Shown here one piece after another: positions 1-13,559 of a stretch of DNA of 64,000 bases; within the stretch, counting starts at the first letter, position 1, and each line of letters starts with the position of its first letter. The position numbers and the translations under genes are program-made. This DNA comes from Callorhinchus milii (taxonomy: Eukaryota), in assembly GCF_018977255.1 (NCBI RefSeq), contig NW_024704742.1:57724001-57788000 (forward strand). Reading direction: 5' to 3'. The notes under the pieces are model-generated. The model ran no database searches and was not told the origin of the DNA. It saw only the letters and a list, made by a program, of their open reading frames with translations.

Positions 1-180
1 ACTCCCTCAATCCCCCGCCTTGGCCCCATGCCCCTCTTCTAAATCCTGCCTGAAAAATTTCCTGTTCGAATTTGCTTATGGCCACCTCCTCCTTCCCCCT
101 GGCTCGGAGTCAGGCTCTGCCACTGTTACGCGCTACCCTGTATGGAGGATGCTATATAAGCGCAAGTTGTTGTTGTTGTA
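1..180 (+). mobile_element. Old L2 LINE 3' fragment
   Basis: Diverged L2-like 3' end finishing in a (TTG)n tail. Confidence 0.6.
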
Positions 181-3100
181 GATCAAAAGCACAGTCGAAG
201 AGGAGGGTTTTGAGATGGGTCTTGAAGGAGGCAAGGGAGGAGGCAATGTAGAGGGATGGCGGATTGGCATTCCAGATGGTGGGACCAGAGTGGCAGAAGG
301 CCCGCCCGCCAATAGGGGTCAAGTGACGTGAAGCAGGGCAGAGCCCGCTGAGCGGAGGAAGTGAGCAGGATGGTAGTGGGTTAGGAGGTCGCAGAGGTAA
401 CAGGGAGCAAGACTGTGGAAGGCTTTGAAGATGAGGACCAGGATCTTGAACTGTATCTTCTGTATTGGGAAGCCATTGGAGGCGGGCGAGGATGGGGGTG
501 ATAGTCATGGAGTCTGGTGCGGGAGAGGACGTGAGATGCAGAATTCTGGATGATCTGCAGCCTATGGAGGGAGGAGTTGGTGAGGCCGACAAGCAATGAG
601 TTTGGATAGTCAAGCCTCGATGTAATGAAAGCATGTTTGAGAGTTTCGGCGGCCCTGCGGTGTGAGACAGTTTCGGAGCTGAGCAGTGTTGTGGAGGTGA
701 GGGAAGGCAGAGCGGGTCATGGCACAGATGTGGGGTAGAAAGGATAATTGAGGGTCAAACAAGACACCAAGGTTCCGGACTGGCTTAGTAAGGTGTAGCT
801 CAGTGGTTAGAGCACTCGCTTTGCAAGCGAGAGACCTGAGTTCAATTCCAGGCAGGGCGAAACCTTGGGCAAGTTTCCTTACTCCACACGCCTAATAATA
901 ATCCCCCCAAACCAAAAACAATAATAAATTGGTCATTTTCAATCCACGACTGTTTGTGGGACATTGCTGTGCGCAATTGGCTGCCGCGTTCGCCCACAAA
1001 TATACAGTCAGTTCACTTTACAGTATATTCTGTGAAGCGCTTTGGGACGTCCTCCCGACGTGAAAAGCGCTATATCAAATGCAAGGATTATTATTATTAT
1101 TATTATGGTGATGCTGTCAGCACCTGTGATGTGGAGGTGCTGACAGGATCCAATCAGGAGAACCTCGGTATTGTTGATGTTCAACTGAAGAAAACTAGCT
1201 CTCATCCAGGATTTGATGTCCATCAAGAACAGCAGTGGAGTCCTGGAGTCTAGGGTGGAGGCAGAGAGGTAGAGTTGGGTGTCATCCGCATACATGTGGA
1301 AGTTGACCACATGTCTGCGGGTGATGTCACCAAGAAGGAGAATATAGATATTGAAGAGGAGGGGACCAAAGACAGATCCCTGAGGAACGCTGCACAAGAC
1401 GGTGTGGTGGCTAGAGGAGAAGCCGTTTTTTGGAGATGAAGTGGAGACGGTATGAGAGGTACGATCTAAATCAGTCAAGGACAGAGCCATGAAGGTTGAG
1501 GTGAGAGGAGAGGCGGTGGATGAGGATAGAGTGGTTGATGGTGTTGAAGGCAGCAGAGAGGTCAGGGAGAACATGGAGACAGAGGAAGCCCTGGTCACAG
1601 ATAGCCAGAATGTCATTTGTCACTTTGACCAGGGCTGTTTTTGTGCTGTGGGTGGCACAGAAACCTGATTGGAGGGGTTCGTGAAGGGAGTGGCGGGAGA
1701 GGGAGCAAATTTGAGAAGCAACAACTCGTTCCAGGACCTTGGAGAGGAAAGAGAGGTACGAGACGGGCAGTAGTTTAGGAGTAGAGAAAAAAGTTTTTTT
1801 TAAGGATAGGAATGATGATGGTGGTTTTTAGTGGGGTGGCAACAGTACCAGTGAACAGGGAGAGATTTATGATGTCTTTGAGTAGAGGGGCAAGGAGGTG
1901 GAGCTGGGAGGTAAGGTTATGGGTAGGGATGGGATCGAGGGAACAGGTGGTCGGTTTCATGTGAGTTATAGTGGTGTTGAGAGAGGAGTGGGAGACAGGG
2001 TCAAAGGTGTGGAGGGAGGGAATTGTTAGGGGCCGGAGTGGGAGATGAGGAAGGCATAGCAGATGGAATGGTAAAGGCAACTGAGCGGATCCCCTCGATT
2101 TTGGATTAGAGGAAGTCCAGCATCGCCTCGCAATTGGTATTTGAGTTGAGGATGGGTGAGGCATGAGAGGGTAGGTGGAGGAGCCTGTTGGTGATGGAGA
2201 AGAGGAGCCTGGGGTTGTCCCTGGCCTCCAAGATTGTCTTGGAGTAGAACAACGATTTAGCGGAGGCGAGGATGGAGCAGTAAGATTTGATAAGGTCCAG
2301 CCAGATCTGTTGATGGACCATTAAGTTCGATTTAAGCTGGGTGCGTTCAGCGGCACACATCAGTGCTTTAAGGGAGCAGAGGAGGCTGGTGTACCATGGT
2401 GACTTGCACGAATAGGAGATGTTTCGAGAAGAGAGGCAAGCAAGGGAATCGAGAGTTGAGGAGAGGGAGCTGTGGAGAAGAGTGACCGAGGAGGATAGGT
2501 CATTGCGGGAGGAAGCCCAGTGGGGAAGGAGTTTAGATGACTTCAAGGCAGCCAGGGGATAGGGGAGATTTTTTTCCAGGTGCGGATTGGAGATGGAGGT
2601 GGATTGGATTTTGGTGGGGAGAGAGATTGAGGAGTTAAGGGAGATGAAGTGATGGTCCTAGATCGTTTTGCCGACGATGGGGAGATGAGATACGGTGAGG
2701 CCCCGAGTGATCACCAGGTCAAGGGGGTGACCGTGAACGTTGGTGGTGGAGTAGATGTGCAGGGAGAGGTTGAGGAAGGAGATAAGGGAGGAAAAGTCAG
2801 CAGAGGTAGAGCAGGAGGCATTGAAAGTTGAAGTCGCCTAGGATGACGAGGCGGTCAGAACAGAGGGAGAGGGATGATAGAAGCCTGGAGATATCGGGGG
2901 TGGAGGTGGGGGAAGGCTTGGAGGTGATGATAGATAAGGAGAATTTTGAGGGAAAGGGTGGAGGGGTGATAAAGGATAAGGTGCTCAAAGGAGGGGAAGG
3001 TTCCAGACGAATAAGGGTATAGGCTGAGTGGGGACCGGGAGATGAGAGCCACACCACTACGGCAGTTAGGTCGTGGGGTATGATGGAAGGTGTAACCAGG

Positions 3101-3630
3101 TGATGTGGCCTCTATCAGGGGGAAGGTGTCTCCTGGAGTGATCCAGGTTTCAGTGAGGGGGAGAATGTCTGTGTTTTTGTCGACAATGTCTTGGATGGTG
3201 AGTGTTTTGTTGGAGAGAGAGCGGACATTTTATAAGCCGATGTGGAGGGGACAGGGCGAAAGTGGGGGGTGAGGGGCATTGGGGGGGTGGGGGGAACTAA
3301 CAGGGAGGGTGGGGACGTGGATCAGGGAGGAGAGGTTGGCCCCCATGGTCAGGGACCGATGAACCTTGCGGCGAGAATGGGGGACAGGCAGTCAGAGTGA
3401 CTGCTGTTGGACAACCAGCGGCGTCTGCCACGGTGGGCCCGACGGAGGATTTGCAGACTGGAGGAGTGGGAGGCTGTGGGACGGTCGAGCAGGGATAGGA
3501 GTCGGAGGGCGGTGGGAGAGGAGGACCAAGCGGGAGTAGTGGAAGGTAGAGGACAGGGGTGGGAGCATTTTGGAGAAGCAGCTCGGGTCGGTGGCGAGCA
3601 TGCCGAGACTAGGAGCGAATGGCGGGTGTG
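181..3630 (-). mobile_element. L2 LINE, near full-length decayed ORF2 (APE endonuclease + RT), interrupted by a SINE
   Basis: Fragmentary frames contain [36 protein letters not shown] and [10 protein letters not shown], with many frameshifts. Confidence 0.9.
794..1106 (+). mobile_element. tRNA-headed SINE (short, young type) inserted in L2
   Basis: A box TAGCTCAGTGG, B box GTTCAATTCC, conserved core, L2-like 3' end, (TTA)n tail. Confidence 0.9.
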
Positions 3631-3711
3631 GTAGGGCCTAATACTTGGAGAAAGGAAAATTAGTTAATGTTTCAGGGTAACTGATCCAATATCATACCAA
3701 GTGGAGAATTT

Positions 3712-3985
3712 ACAACAACAACTTGGATTTATATAGCGCCCTCCACGCCGAACAGTGTCTCAGAATGCTTCACAGTAACGGATCCTGGGGCCGAGCTAGG
3801 GGGAGGAAAGTGACCAAAGGGGCGGTCGAAAAGAAAGGTCTTCAGCAGAGACCTGAAAATAAGAGAGGGAGAGAGGCGAAGGGAGTGAGTTCCAGAGCCT
3901 CAGGGTGTAGTGTCTGAAAGCACAGCCACGAAGGATGGAGCGTAGGACTCTGGGGACAAGGAGGAGGCCAGACCCAATTCTATAT
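3712..3985 (-). mobile_element. L2 3' fragment
   Basis: (CAA)n tail on the plus strand and RLWNSLP remnant. Confidence 0.7.
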
Positions 3986-4024
3986 CTGTGTTGAGTCAAG
4001 GTAACAAAATTTAAACCGATATTA

Positions 4025-4351
4025 TAATAATAATATAATAATCCTTGCATTTGATATAGCGCTTTTCACGTCGGGAGGACGTCCCAAAGCGCTTCACAGA
4101 ACACACTGTAAAGTGAATTGACTGTATATTTGTGGGCGAACGCGGCAGCCAATTGCGCACAGCAATGTCCCACAAACAGTCGTGGATTGAAAATGACCAA
4201 TTTATTATTGTTTTTTTTTTGGGTTTTGGAGGGATTATTATTAGGCGTGTGGAGTAAGGAAACTTGCCCAAGGTTTCGCGCTGCCTGGAATTGAACTCAG
4301 GTCTCTCGCTTGCAAAGCCGAGTGCTCAACCACTGAGCTACAGGACTCCAC
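4025..4351 (-). mobile_element. tRNA-headed SINE, full length
   Basis: Near-identical reverse complement of 794-1106 and 47740-48071. Confidence 0.9.
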
Positions 4352-4550
4352 ATATTAAAAAAAATTGTTGTCTTCAAACAACAATTGTTGTTTCAAAGAC
4401 AATTGCTGTCTTCTTGTCTTCAAATCCCTCCACTCCTCTGCACCCCCCCCCCCCCCCCACCCACCCCACCTCTCTGATCTCCTCTCTCCTCTCAACAGTG
4501 CCTGTTAACGTTCGTTCCACCGGGTCTGGCCTCCTCCTTGTCCCCAGAGT

Positions 4551-6148
4551 CCTTGCCCCACATATCACAGACATGGTCAACCTGTCCCTCTCCTCTGGGT
4601 CTGTTCCCGTTCCCTTAAAAACTGCCACCATCACTCCCACCTTGAAAGAACCATCCCTTGATGCGTCGCAGCTATCAAGCTACCGGCCCATCTCCAATCT
4701 CCCCTTCCTGTCCAAGGTCCTGGAACGAGTTGTCGCCTCCCAGCTGCGCTCTTTCCTCTCACCCATTCATTATTCGAACCCCTTCAGTCGGGTTTCCGTG
4801 CTGCCCATAGCACAGAAACTGCCCTGGTCAAGGTCACCAATGACATCCTGACCAACTGTGACCAGGGCTCCCTCTGCCTCCTCGTCCTCCTCGACCTATC
4901 GGCAGCATTAGATACGGTCGACCATGCTATCCTCCTCCACCGCTTGTCCTCCCACCTAAACCTTCAAGGCCCTGTCCTTGAGTGGTTTAGGTCGTACCTC
5001 TCCCACCGTCTTCACTTTGTCTCCACGAATGTTTTTTCCTCCAGCCCCTGCACTGTCTCGTGCGGTGTCCCTCAAGGCTCTGTCCTCAGTCCCCTCCTCT
5101 TCATCCTCTATATGCTCCCCCTGGTGACATCATCCGCAAACATGGGGTTAACTTCCACATGTATGCGGATGACACCCAACTCTACCTTTCCTCCTCTACC
5201 CTCAACTCCACGACCACCGATGTCCTGACAGCTGCCTGTCCGACATCGAGTCCTGGACGAGAGATAACTTTCTCCAGCTCAACGTGCGCAAAACTGAGGC
5301 CCTCCTGATTGGCTCACGTCAGCGCCTCTGCACCTCAGGCGCTGACAGCATCAGCATCCAAGGCTGCACTCTCCACCTCTCAAAGCCGGTCAGGAACCTC
5401 GGGGTTCTGTTCGACCCTGAGCTGTCCTTTCTCCCTCATATCCGCACCACAACTGGCACCACCTTCCATCACCTCCGGAACATCGCCAGACTACGGCACT
5501 ACCTCACCCCTCACGCGGCTGAAACCCTGGTTCACGCCTTTATCACCTCAAGGCTGGACTATGGGAACTCTCTCCTCGCCGGCCTTCCCGGCACCTCCCT
5601 CCACAAGCTGCAGGTCATTCAGAACTCTGCAGCTCGTGTACTGTCCCGCACCAGGACCACATCACTCCCACCCTCGCTCGCCTCCACCGGCTCCCCATCC
5701 CCCAGAGGATTGAATTCGAGATCCTCATCCTCACCTACAAGGCCATTCACGGCCTTGCTCCCTCCTACCTCTCCGACCTACTATCCCCCTACCTACCTGC
5801 CCGTAACCTCCGTTCCTCTGGCTCCAATCTGCTCCACATCCACCGCCCCAACCGCCCTACCATCGGTGGCCGGGCCTTCAGCCTCTCAGCCCCGAGGCTC
5901 TGGAACTGTATCCCCCAGTGCCTTCGCCGCCTCCTCCCTTTCCTCCTTCAAGGCCAGTCTCAAGACCTTTCTCTTTGACCGTGCCTTCAGATCCCCTCTC
6001 GACTCTCTACCCCCTCCTCGCTCCTTCCCTCCCCTCACCCTGACCATTTCCCCCCTGCTCGGGTCCTGACCCAACTGTACAGCGCCTTGGGACGTCCTCC
6101 CAACGTGAAAGGCGCTCAATAAATGGAATCTTGTTGTTGCTGTTGTTG
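4551..6148 (+). mobile_element. 5'-truncated L2 LINE, young subfamily (RT domain)
   Basis: [37 protein letters not shown]; (TTG)n tail; highly similar to 61563-64000. Confidence 0.93.
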
Positions 6149-7424
6149 TAAGAGCAAATTAACACAAAGAACTTTATTAATTTATTAGTTTTTTGTGCCA
6201 TGAACAATAAAAAAACTTATCGTAAGATTTCTATTGTTTAAAATTCAATTGTACACAGGAGTTAAATAAACAATTGGCAGACAACATATGACCAATTAGT
6301 ACATTAGTACTGACCAAAATTTCAATTAGAAAGGCTGATTCTCATTTGTGTTATAATTAGATTAATGTCACTGAAACATTATTTAGATATGTTTAAATTA
6401 TGAAGCTCACATTAGTAAACATTTCATACGGACAGACTAATACAGGATATTGTTGTGTGCCAATTGGCTGCCATCTTTGCAGTCACTACTGTCTACAATA
6501 AATCCTTTGAAGCACTTTGAGACGTTTCAATGAAAAGTTAAGGCTCTATATCAATTGCAAGAATTCATTTAAATATTCACGTTGAAGGGGTGAAAGAAAT
6601 ACATTTCACAAGAAGAATGTAAGCTTCGGCATCCGATTAAAGTAAAAACAAAAACAATTCCAACTTTATTAGAATTTACATCTGAAGAGCAAGCTTTCTA
6701 GAAAAATGCAATGCAAGATATTTTGACTGGAAAGGTTATTGTACCAGGAACCGTTTCATTGCTTTACCTTTCATAAGCAACTAGCAGATGTAGTTTGCTT
6801 GAAATAATTGCGTATGTTAACATGAAGATAAAGCAGTTTTGCCCTGAAAACCAATGAAACGGATCTAGAATACATCTAAGCACTCTTAAGTAGGAATTTG
6901 TAAAATAAAAATTTATATCCCTTTGGGCAAATTCTGATAACAAGCTGACCAGGAGATCTAAGCATCAATACAAGATATATTATGGTTGGAAGAGGTCTTT
7001 ATTTTTCAGCCATACCACCAATTTCTTTTACTATCTTGCTACGTAAGCCATCTCGTCATTCAAGGCCAATGATGGCAATGGTGTCTTGATTATAGCCAGA
7101 AGCATGTTTAGACGATGAAATATCTGATGTTGTATTAAGTACATTTGTGCGTCTCTATTTCTAAACAATTATATAATAGCAATGTACAGGATTGCAAAAT
7201 ACTGTCAGTCAATCTATCTGGTTCCAAAGTAAACAGTAATTCATACACTAACATTATTTCTTTCCAAATAACAATTTAATTCCCTCTTGAATTTTCTGAA
7301 ACCTACCACAGCTTCTCTGGCTAGTCACCTCCACAATCGGTGTGTGAAGTAACTAAATACATACTGTTTGTTTATCTTCCCTCTTGATCTCAAGTCCATA
7401 CCTTTTAGTAGTTTGTGACTATTC

Positions 7425-7545
7425 ATAGAATCATACAGCACAGAAAGAGGCCATTCGATCCATCGCATCTGCGCCGGCTCCTAAAAGAGCAATCCAACTC
7501 AATTCCACTGGCCCGCTTTCTCTCCATAGCCCTGTAATCCTGTCC
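7425..7545 (-). mobile_element. CR1-like 3' end fragment
   Basis: catagaatcatacagcacagaaagaggccattcg resembles the reverse complement of a CR1 tail (compare 44570-44640). Confidence 0.5.
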
Positions 7546-9754
7546 TCTTACGGCAAGTCTTTATCATATATAATGTATGCAAATAAGCCAATATTCCTGA
7601 TAAATATGATTATATGTAAACATATTTATATAATATAGTAGTGGGATCTGAAACATGACTATTTTTCAAATCGTGTTCAATAATTGAAAAACCCAAGTGT
7701 ACATCACCTCAATTTATGGGAATTCACTCAGACACCATCTATCTTCAGATGGACTTCACTTGAGTCATCATGATTTACTTCATTAAGTTACCTGAAGGCA
7801 TTTCCATTTGAATCCCATTTGAAGTTGCAGCATAGACATTAAATTATTACCGAGTTCCATCATGGTGGTTCAGTGTGTAATTTGATACTAAAAGTAGCGT
7901 GGAGTCCAAACTTCGCTGATTGCTTCTCTTTGAAAGAGACACCATTAGTCTGGAACAGCACCTAATAAATCCACAGAATATGCTTGGACACATCTGTATC
8001 AGTCAATTATTTAGAGAATCATATAACACTTATTGCATAGCTGTCTATGGTGAGGCTTATTATCTTGTGCCATGCTAATAAACATTGTGAAGCCCTATTG
8101 ACAAAAATAATTTGATTATTTTATGTGATTTTTTTCCCCCCAAAACATATACTATTCTAGCTTTTAAGGATACATTCCTGTGCCTACAACTATTGCAAAT
8201 CTTAGCTCCAATTTTCACTAAGAATGCAAAATAGACGCCATGCTCTGGTGTTCAATTGTTGATCTTTTTCAGTTCTGCCTCATTGTTGGTCTCAATGATC
8301 ATTGCTCTGATTTCAGGTTATATCTCTGTGAACAAAAATGTAAATACAGAAAAATTAATTATTTATTATGCTCTTAGCAACTGGGGAAGGTAAAGCACAC
8401 TATTAAATATAATTATTTTACCACTGATTTTTTAAAAATATAAATGTTCTAAATTTAATGTGTCCAATTTGTTTTTATCTCCACTCGCATGTGCTTCTCT
8501 GCTCCTTGTCCTTAGCCTCCTCTTACTGGGAGGCAGTTCCATGGGCAGTTGCCCTCCAGTAACTCACCCAAATATCCAATGTTCATCTGGTATGTCTTTG
8601 TGAAGTGTCAATAGGACATTCAGCTGTAGAGGATGTCACAGCCAAGCCTAACCTCTCTTCATCCAGCAACCAAATATACACTCTACTACTTGTATGTTGT
8701 AGAGGATGTTGTAGAAAGACAACAATAATAAAAAATTGAATTAAATACCGCATTTCACATCAGGAAGACGTCCCAAGGGGCTGGACAGCCAAGGTATGTT
8801 TTTACCACGAGCACTGAGGCTGCCCTGCGTATAATTTTTTTTATTTGACTAATTCTAACACATAAAAAGTAATTGTGTTTGTTAAAACTGATGCACATAA
8901 TATTTTACCTGAAGGCAAAGGCATTTTTAAAATTTTCCATTATTTGGATAGGTTAGATGAATAAAACTGCCCTTAGCAAACTAAGATAAAAGTATGGACA
9001 GAGCAAACACTCATGAAAGCAGATCCTTTGTGATGTTTTTGACGGGTTTGGAATTTGCCAATAGTGAAAGAACCTTCACGGTTATGCTATCCAGAGCTGT
9101 CAACTCAGCACAATAGCAATCACTGTCATGCATGCAAGGCAACAATACTGTAAATATAGACCAATGGCACAGGATTACAGCCCTCAAGTTGCTGAAATTT
9201 TTCTGCATCTACTCCACCGAATAGCGTTAAAATGAATTGAATGAGTTTTATTAAGGATTGGTTCAGCATAACGGTCAGAAGAATGTGAAGTGGAAACCCT
9301 CAATACAGCAGTGGGTTACCCAATCTTGGTCTTACGGATGGTCATTCTTCTTGAAGAATGTAAACAAAAAAAATTACCTCACACAAGCTGCATATTACAT
9401 TAAAGTGAATATTACACAAAGCTTTCCCTCTCTCATTTTTTAAATATCACAAATCCATACTTATAAGTTTGTTGATTTCCAAACAGATACAAGTTTATTT
9501 TTAATTCACAGCTATACTACTAATTTTTGTATTCAATAATTGTGTGACAATAGTTACATTTTAGCTGAATTGCTGAAACTAGGCCAATGCTGCTAGTAGT
9601 TGCTAGTATTCTGCATTCAAACTTATACCATACTCATGCACGACTTCTCTTTAATGCATTGTACTAGGTTATTTAAATGTTTAAGTAGAAATGATAATGC
9701 TTCAAGTAAAATTCTGTTGCAGAAAATAAAATTAGGTACTTTACTGTAAAGTTT

Positions 9755-10290
9755 ACAACATTTATTGTATATAGCGGCCTTCACATGGGATAGCGTCTCA
9801 GAGTGCTTAGCAGTGATGGAGCTTGACACCAAGCCAGCGAGCGTGGGGAGGTGACCTTAGACCTCCTCCCCTCTCTGGCGACCGTCAAAGAGGAAGTTCT
9901 TCAGGTGTGATCTTAAGACAGACAAAGAGGGGGCAAGGCAGAGGGATTTAGGCAGAGAGATCCACAATATTGGGGTGTAGTGGCTGAAAGCATAGTTGCC
10001 GATGTTAGAGCAGAAGGGATGAGGGACGTGTAGGGGGTCAGAGCCAACTGAGCGAAGGGGGCGGATAGAGGAGTGTAAGCAGGTTGGAAAGGGATGTGTC
10101 AGGACATGAAGTGATCTCCATGTGAGTGTGAGGATCTTGTAATCAATCCGTTCTGCAATAGGGTACCTGGCAAGGACTGGGGTGATGGAGGTGCAAAGTT
10201 TAATATGGGTGAGGATATGGACTCAGACTTTTTAATTTATCGAAATTTATGAATGGTGTAGCTATGATGAATGGCAAGGAGGATATAGGC
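9755..10290 (-). mobile_element. Old L2 3' fragment
   Basis: Diverged similarity to the L2 3' region (gtagtggctgaaag, aggatcttg motifs shared with other old copies). Confidence 0.65.
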
Positions 10291-10787
10291 CCAATTACAT
10301 AAATAAATGTTATTGAAAAATAGCCTGAAGTATCTAGGCAGAAAAGTTAATAATTAAAAGGTCACTGTACTGCCACAGTTCTCTGAGGTCTGTATTTTAC
10401 CTCTTTATCTCACCCACGATAATACAAAGTCAATGGACTCTACAGTGTATTCTGTAAAGGGCTTTAAGACATCCTCCACACTAGCTGACAGGTGCTATTT
10501 CAAAGATTATTATTAGCTTTGTGTTCTTCAGTTAGGAAATTCATCCAGTGACGTGTCTTCCTTGGATGGATGACCAGATTTCTCCAAGTGACAACCAGGA
10601 AGTCAGTCAGTTTTAGGACTAGAAGCCAGCCATTCAAGTCTAATAGGGACCTATATGCACCTAATCAGTTCTGATAAGTCCACATGAGTCCACATTAGAC
10701 CCAGGCTAATAAGCGAGACAACGTTCTATCAAAGGGCACTATTACAAGGTTGCCCGGTAGTTAGTCAAGAGGCTTCTTAGATTCACG

Positions 10788-11153
10788 GTGGAGTCCTGTA
10801 GCTCAGTGGTAAGAGTACATGCCTCACAAGTGAGAGGACCTGGGTTTGATTCCCGGAAGAGCGAAACGTTGGGCAAGTTTCCTTACTCCACATGCCTTTG
10901 TTTACCTAGCAGTAAGTAGGAACCCGATTGATTAGCGGATTACTTTTCCGGGGATAATAATTCCTTCCAAAAAAAAAATAATTTGGTCACTCAATCCACG
11001 ACTGTTGGTTGGGCACTGTTATGTGTAATTGGCTGTCACCTTTTGCCTACAAAATACACAGTCAATTCACCTTAGTGTATTCTGTGAAGTGTTTTGAGAC
11101 ACCTCAAAGACGTGATTAAGCGCTTAATCAAATTTAAGGATGATTATTATTAT
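10788..11153 (+). mobile_element. tRNA-headed SINE (long, older type)
   Basis: tRNA-like head, extra internal block (gtttacctagcagtaagtaggaacc...), (TTA)n tail. Confidence 0.88.
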
Positions 11154-11461
11154 AATAATCCTTGCATTTAATATAGCGCTTTTTACGTCTTCTCGACATC
11201 TCTTAGCCCTTCATAGAATATGCTGTAAAGTGAATTGACTGTATATTTGTGGGAGAAACGCGGCAGCTAATTGCGCACAGCGGTGTCCCACAAACAGTCG
11301 TGGATTGAAAATGACCAATTTATTATTGTTTTGTTTAGGAGGGATTATTATTAGGTGTTTGGAGTAAGGAAATTTGCCCAAGGTTTCGCCCTGCCTGGAA
11401 TTGAACCCAGGTGTCTCGTTTGCAAGGCGAGTGCTCGAACCACTGAGCTACAAGACTCTAC
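11154..11461 (-). mobile_element. tRNA-headed SINE (short type), tail-to-tail with the previous copy
   Basis: Reverse-complement match to the family. Confidence 0.88.
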
Positions 11462-13082
11462 ATTATAGGTATGACATTCCCATTATTGAAACAATACATG
11501 ATAGGCTACTAAAAAGGTGCACCACAGAAAACAGAAGAACCACCACAGTTCTGATGATAAAATGGACTCCCGGTACTGCAGTAGGAACAAGAGCAATGTA
11601 CTTCACACATGTTCATGTTTTTCATGCAGAAAAGCGTCACAATGTGTCTTTTTGGGTGTCTACATCTAAAGGACATTGGTGAATTGGAGAGAGTTAAATG
11701 GGTATGTGGAAGAAAATTGGGAAGAAATCTAAAATAATATACAACAGGTCAAGTATAATTGCACGAATATTGTTGAAAGGAGTGCACTTGATGAATCAAA
11801 TGGCTTTTTATAGCACAGTGCTTTCATCGGTTCTGATATAGTGAATACGAAAAAGAAGGATTCTGTTCATATCACACAGTTAATTCAAGTATGGATTCTA
11901 CCCTCCAGCTATTTTCACACTGAATGGGAACTGACATTTTGTTCCTAAAGTAATCCGTGTCGAGATGCGCTTTGTTCTCAGATTATAAACTCAAGGGGGA
12001 CTACTTAAAAAGATAGTCACCAGTCTCCAAATCAACAGCTTTCAATATAGTTGAGTTTTCAGGAGTCAAACACTTTGCCAATGGAAGTATAATAGCTGTG
12101 ACGATCAATTTAAGAGTGTTTTTTCTCTCCAAATTCTATGTAAATGAGGGAGAATATCACCTTTGCTGAACACTTTGTCATGATAGCAGTTCCCCTTTAA
12201 ATCTGATATGGCTGAGAGCCAGGGGCATGGAGTACAAATGTGGCTCCAAGCATCTAATGAGGGGAGGAGGGGAGAATGGAAAGAAAAAGAAAAGTCATGT
12301 AAAACACAAAGAGAGAAAAGAATAAATCTTAAAAAAAAAAGTTTTTTTTCGGTAAGAATGCTTGAATGAGGCATATCATTTCACAGGTTGCAGTTTATCA
12401 TAGGTTGTTTGCTGGACTGCTCACAGACATCCATCTTTTCACTGTTGACGAACAGCATAATCCCACTTTTCAAAACTTTGAGATGAACATCAAGAATGCT
12501 AAAACAAATATGAACTGACAAATATTCTTTGAAGTTATGTAGGAAATATTGACATGTCCATTTGCTACTGACAGTAACTATGTTACAGAACAGATAGATT
12601 ACTCAGAATGCATAATTGAGGCTATGTGTCTCTATAGGCAATGAAAGATTTGCCCTTTGGGTCAGAGCACCTGCAGGATTATGTGACACAACTAGGTAAG
12701 TAATGGTTTCATTGTTACCATAAAAAGTACATTAAAAAAATGAAACACGTTTATGTTCACATCATCAGTTGATCTGGGATGAAATCCCCCATTGTGTTAT
12801 AATCTGGAGTAAAGCTTGATGCGGGCAGGAATGTTATTATGCCTGCTTTTCCCAGAGCACTTGGCAGGATGTTACTTTGAAATGTACCTCTTTTATGTAG
12901 GGGTAGCAAGTGTATACCAGCAACAGCTCAAAAACAACAAGATCAATGACTAAACTTAACCTGCTTTTTTGGTGAATTTGGATAAGCAGACTATTGAGCA
13001 GGATAATACCACTGGCTGATAATATAAAGATAGCTTCACAAATATATACTTCCAAAATATTGCTCTCACCGTAGTGTAGTCA

Positions 13083-13291
13083 CACACGCCCAATAATAAT
13101 CCCTCCAAAAAAAAAATAATAAATTGGTCATTTTCAATCCATGACTGTTTGTGGGACACTGCTGTGCGCAATTGGCTGCCGCGTTCGCCCACAAATATAC
13201 AGTCAATTCACTTTACTGTATATTCTGTGAAGCGCTTTGAGACGTGAAGAAGACGTGAAAAGCGCAATATCAAATGCAAGGATTATTATTA
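13083..13291 (+). mobile_element. 5'-truncated SINE
   Basis: Core and tail of the same SINE family. Confidence 0.85.
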
Positions 13292-13559
13292 ACATGAAGA
13301 GCAGAGAATAGAGTCAAACAGCCTTCCAGCTAAATGCAATATCGCCAATTTTTCTCCTCCCCATGTGAAGGTATTTTGACTCCCTTTTCCTTCTGTTTGC
13401 GAAGTTATATAGGCATATGTTGCCCTTTGTGCAAGCAATCACATGGTGTTATGTAACATTCCTGTTCACATCAAGCTATACTACAGATTAATCATCCATA
13501 AGGAAGAGTGTCACAGCCGAGCCTGATCAGGTTCTCACCCAACAAAAAAAATTCTCCTC

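Noticed and set aside
954..1253. Recurrent peptide [19 protein letters not shown] in several ORFs
   Set aside because: It is the translation of the SINE core, not a gene family.
9011..9208. 65-aa ORF as a secreted peptide gene
   Set aside because: The signal-like segment is weak, there is no clear donor or family similarity, and the length is within chance expectation.
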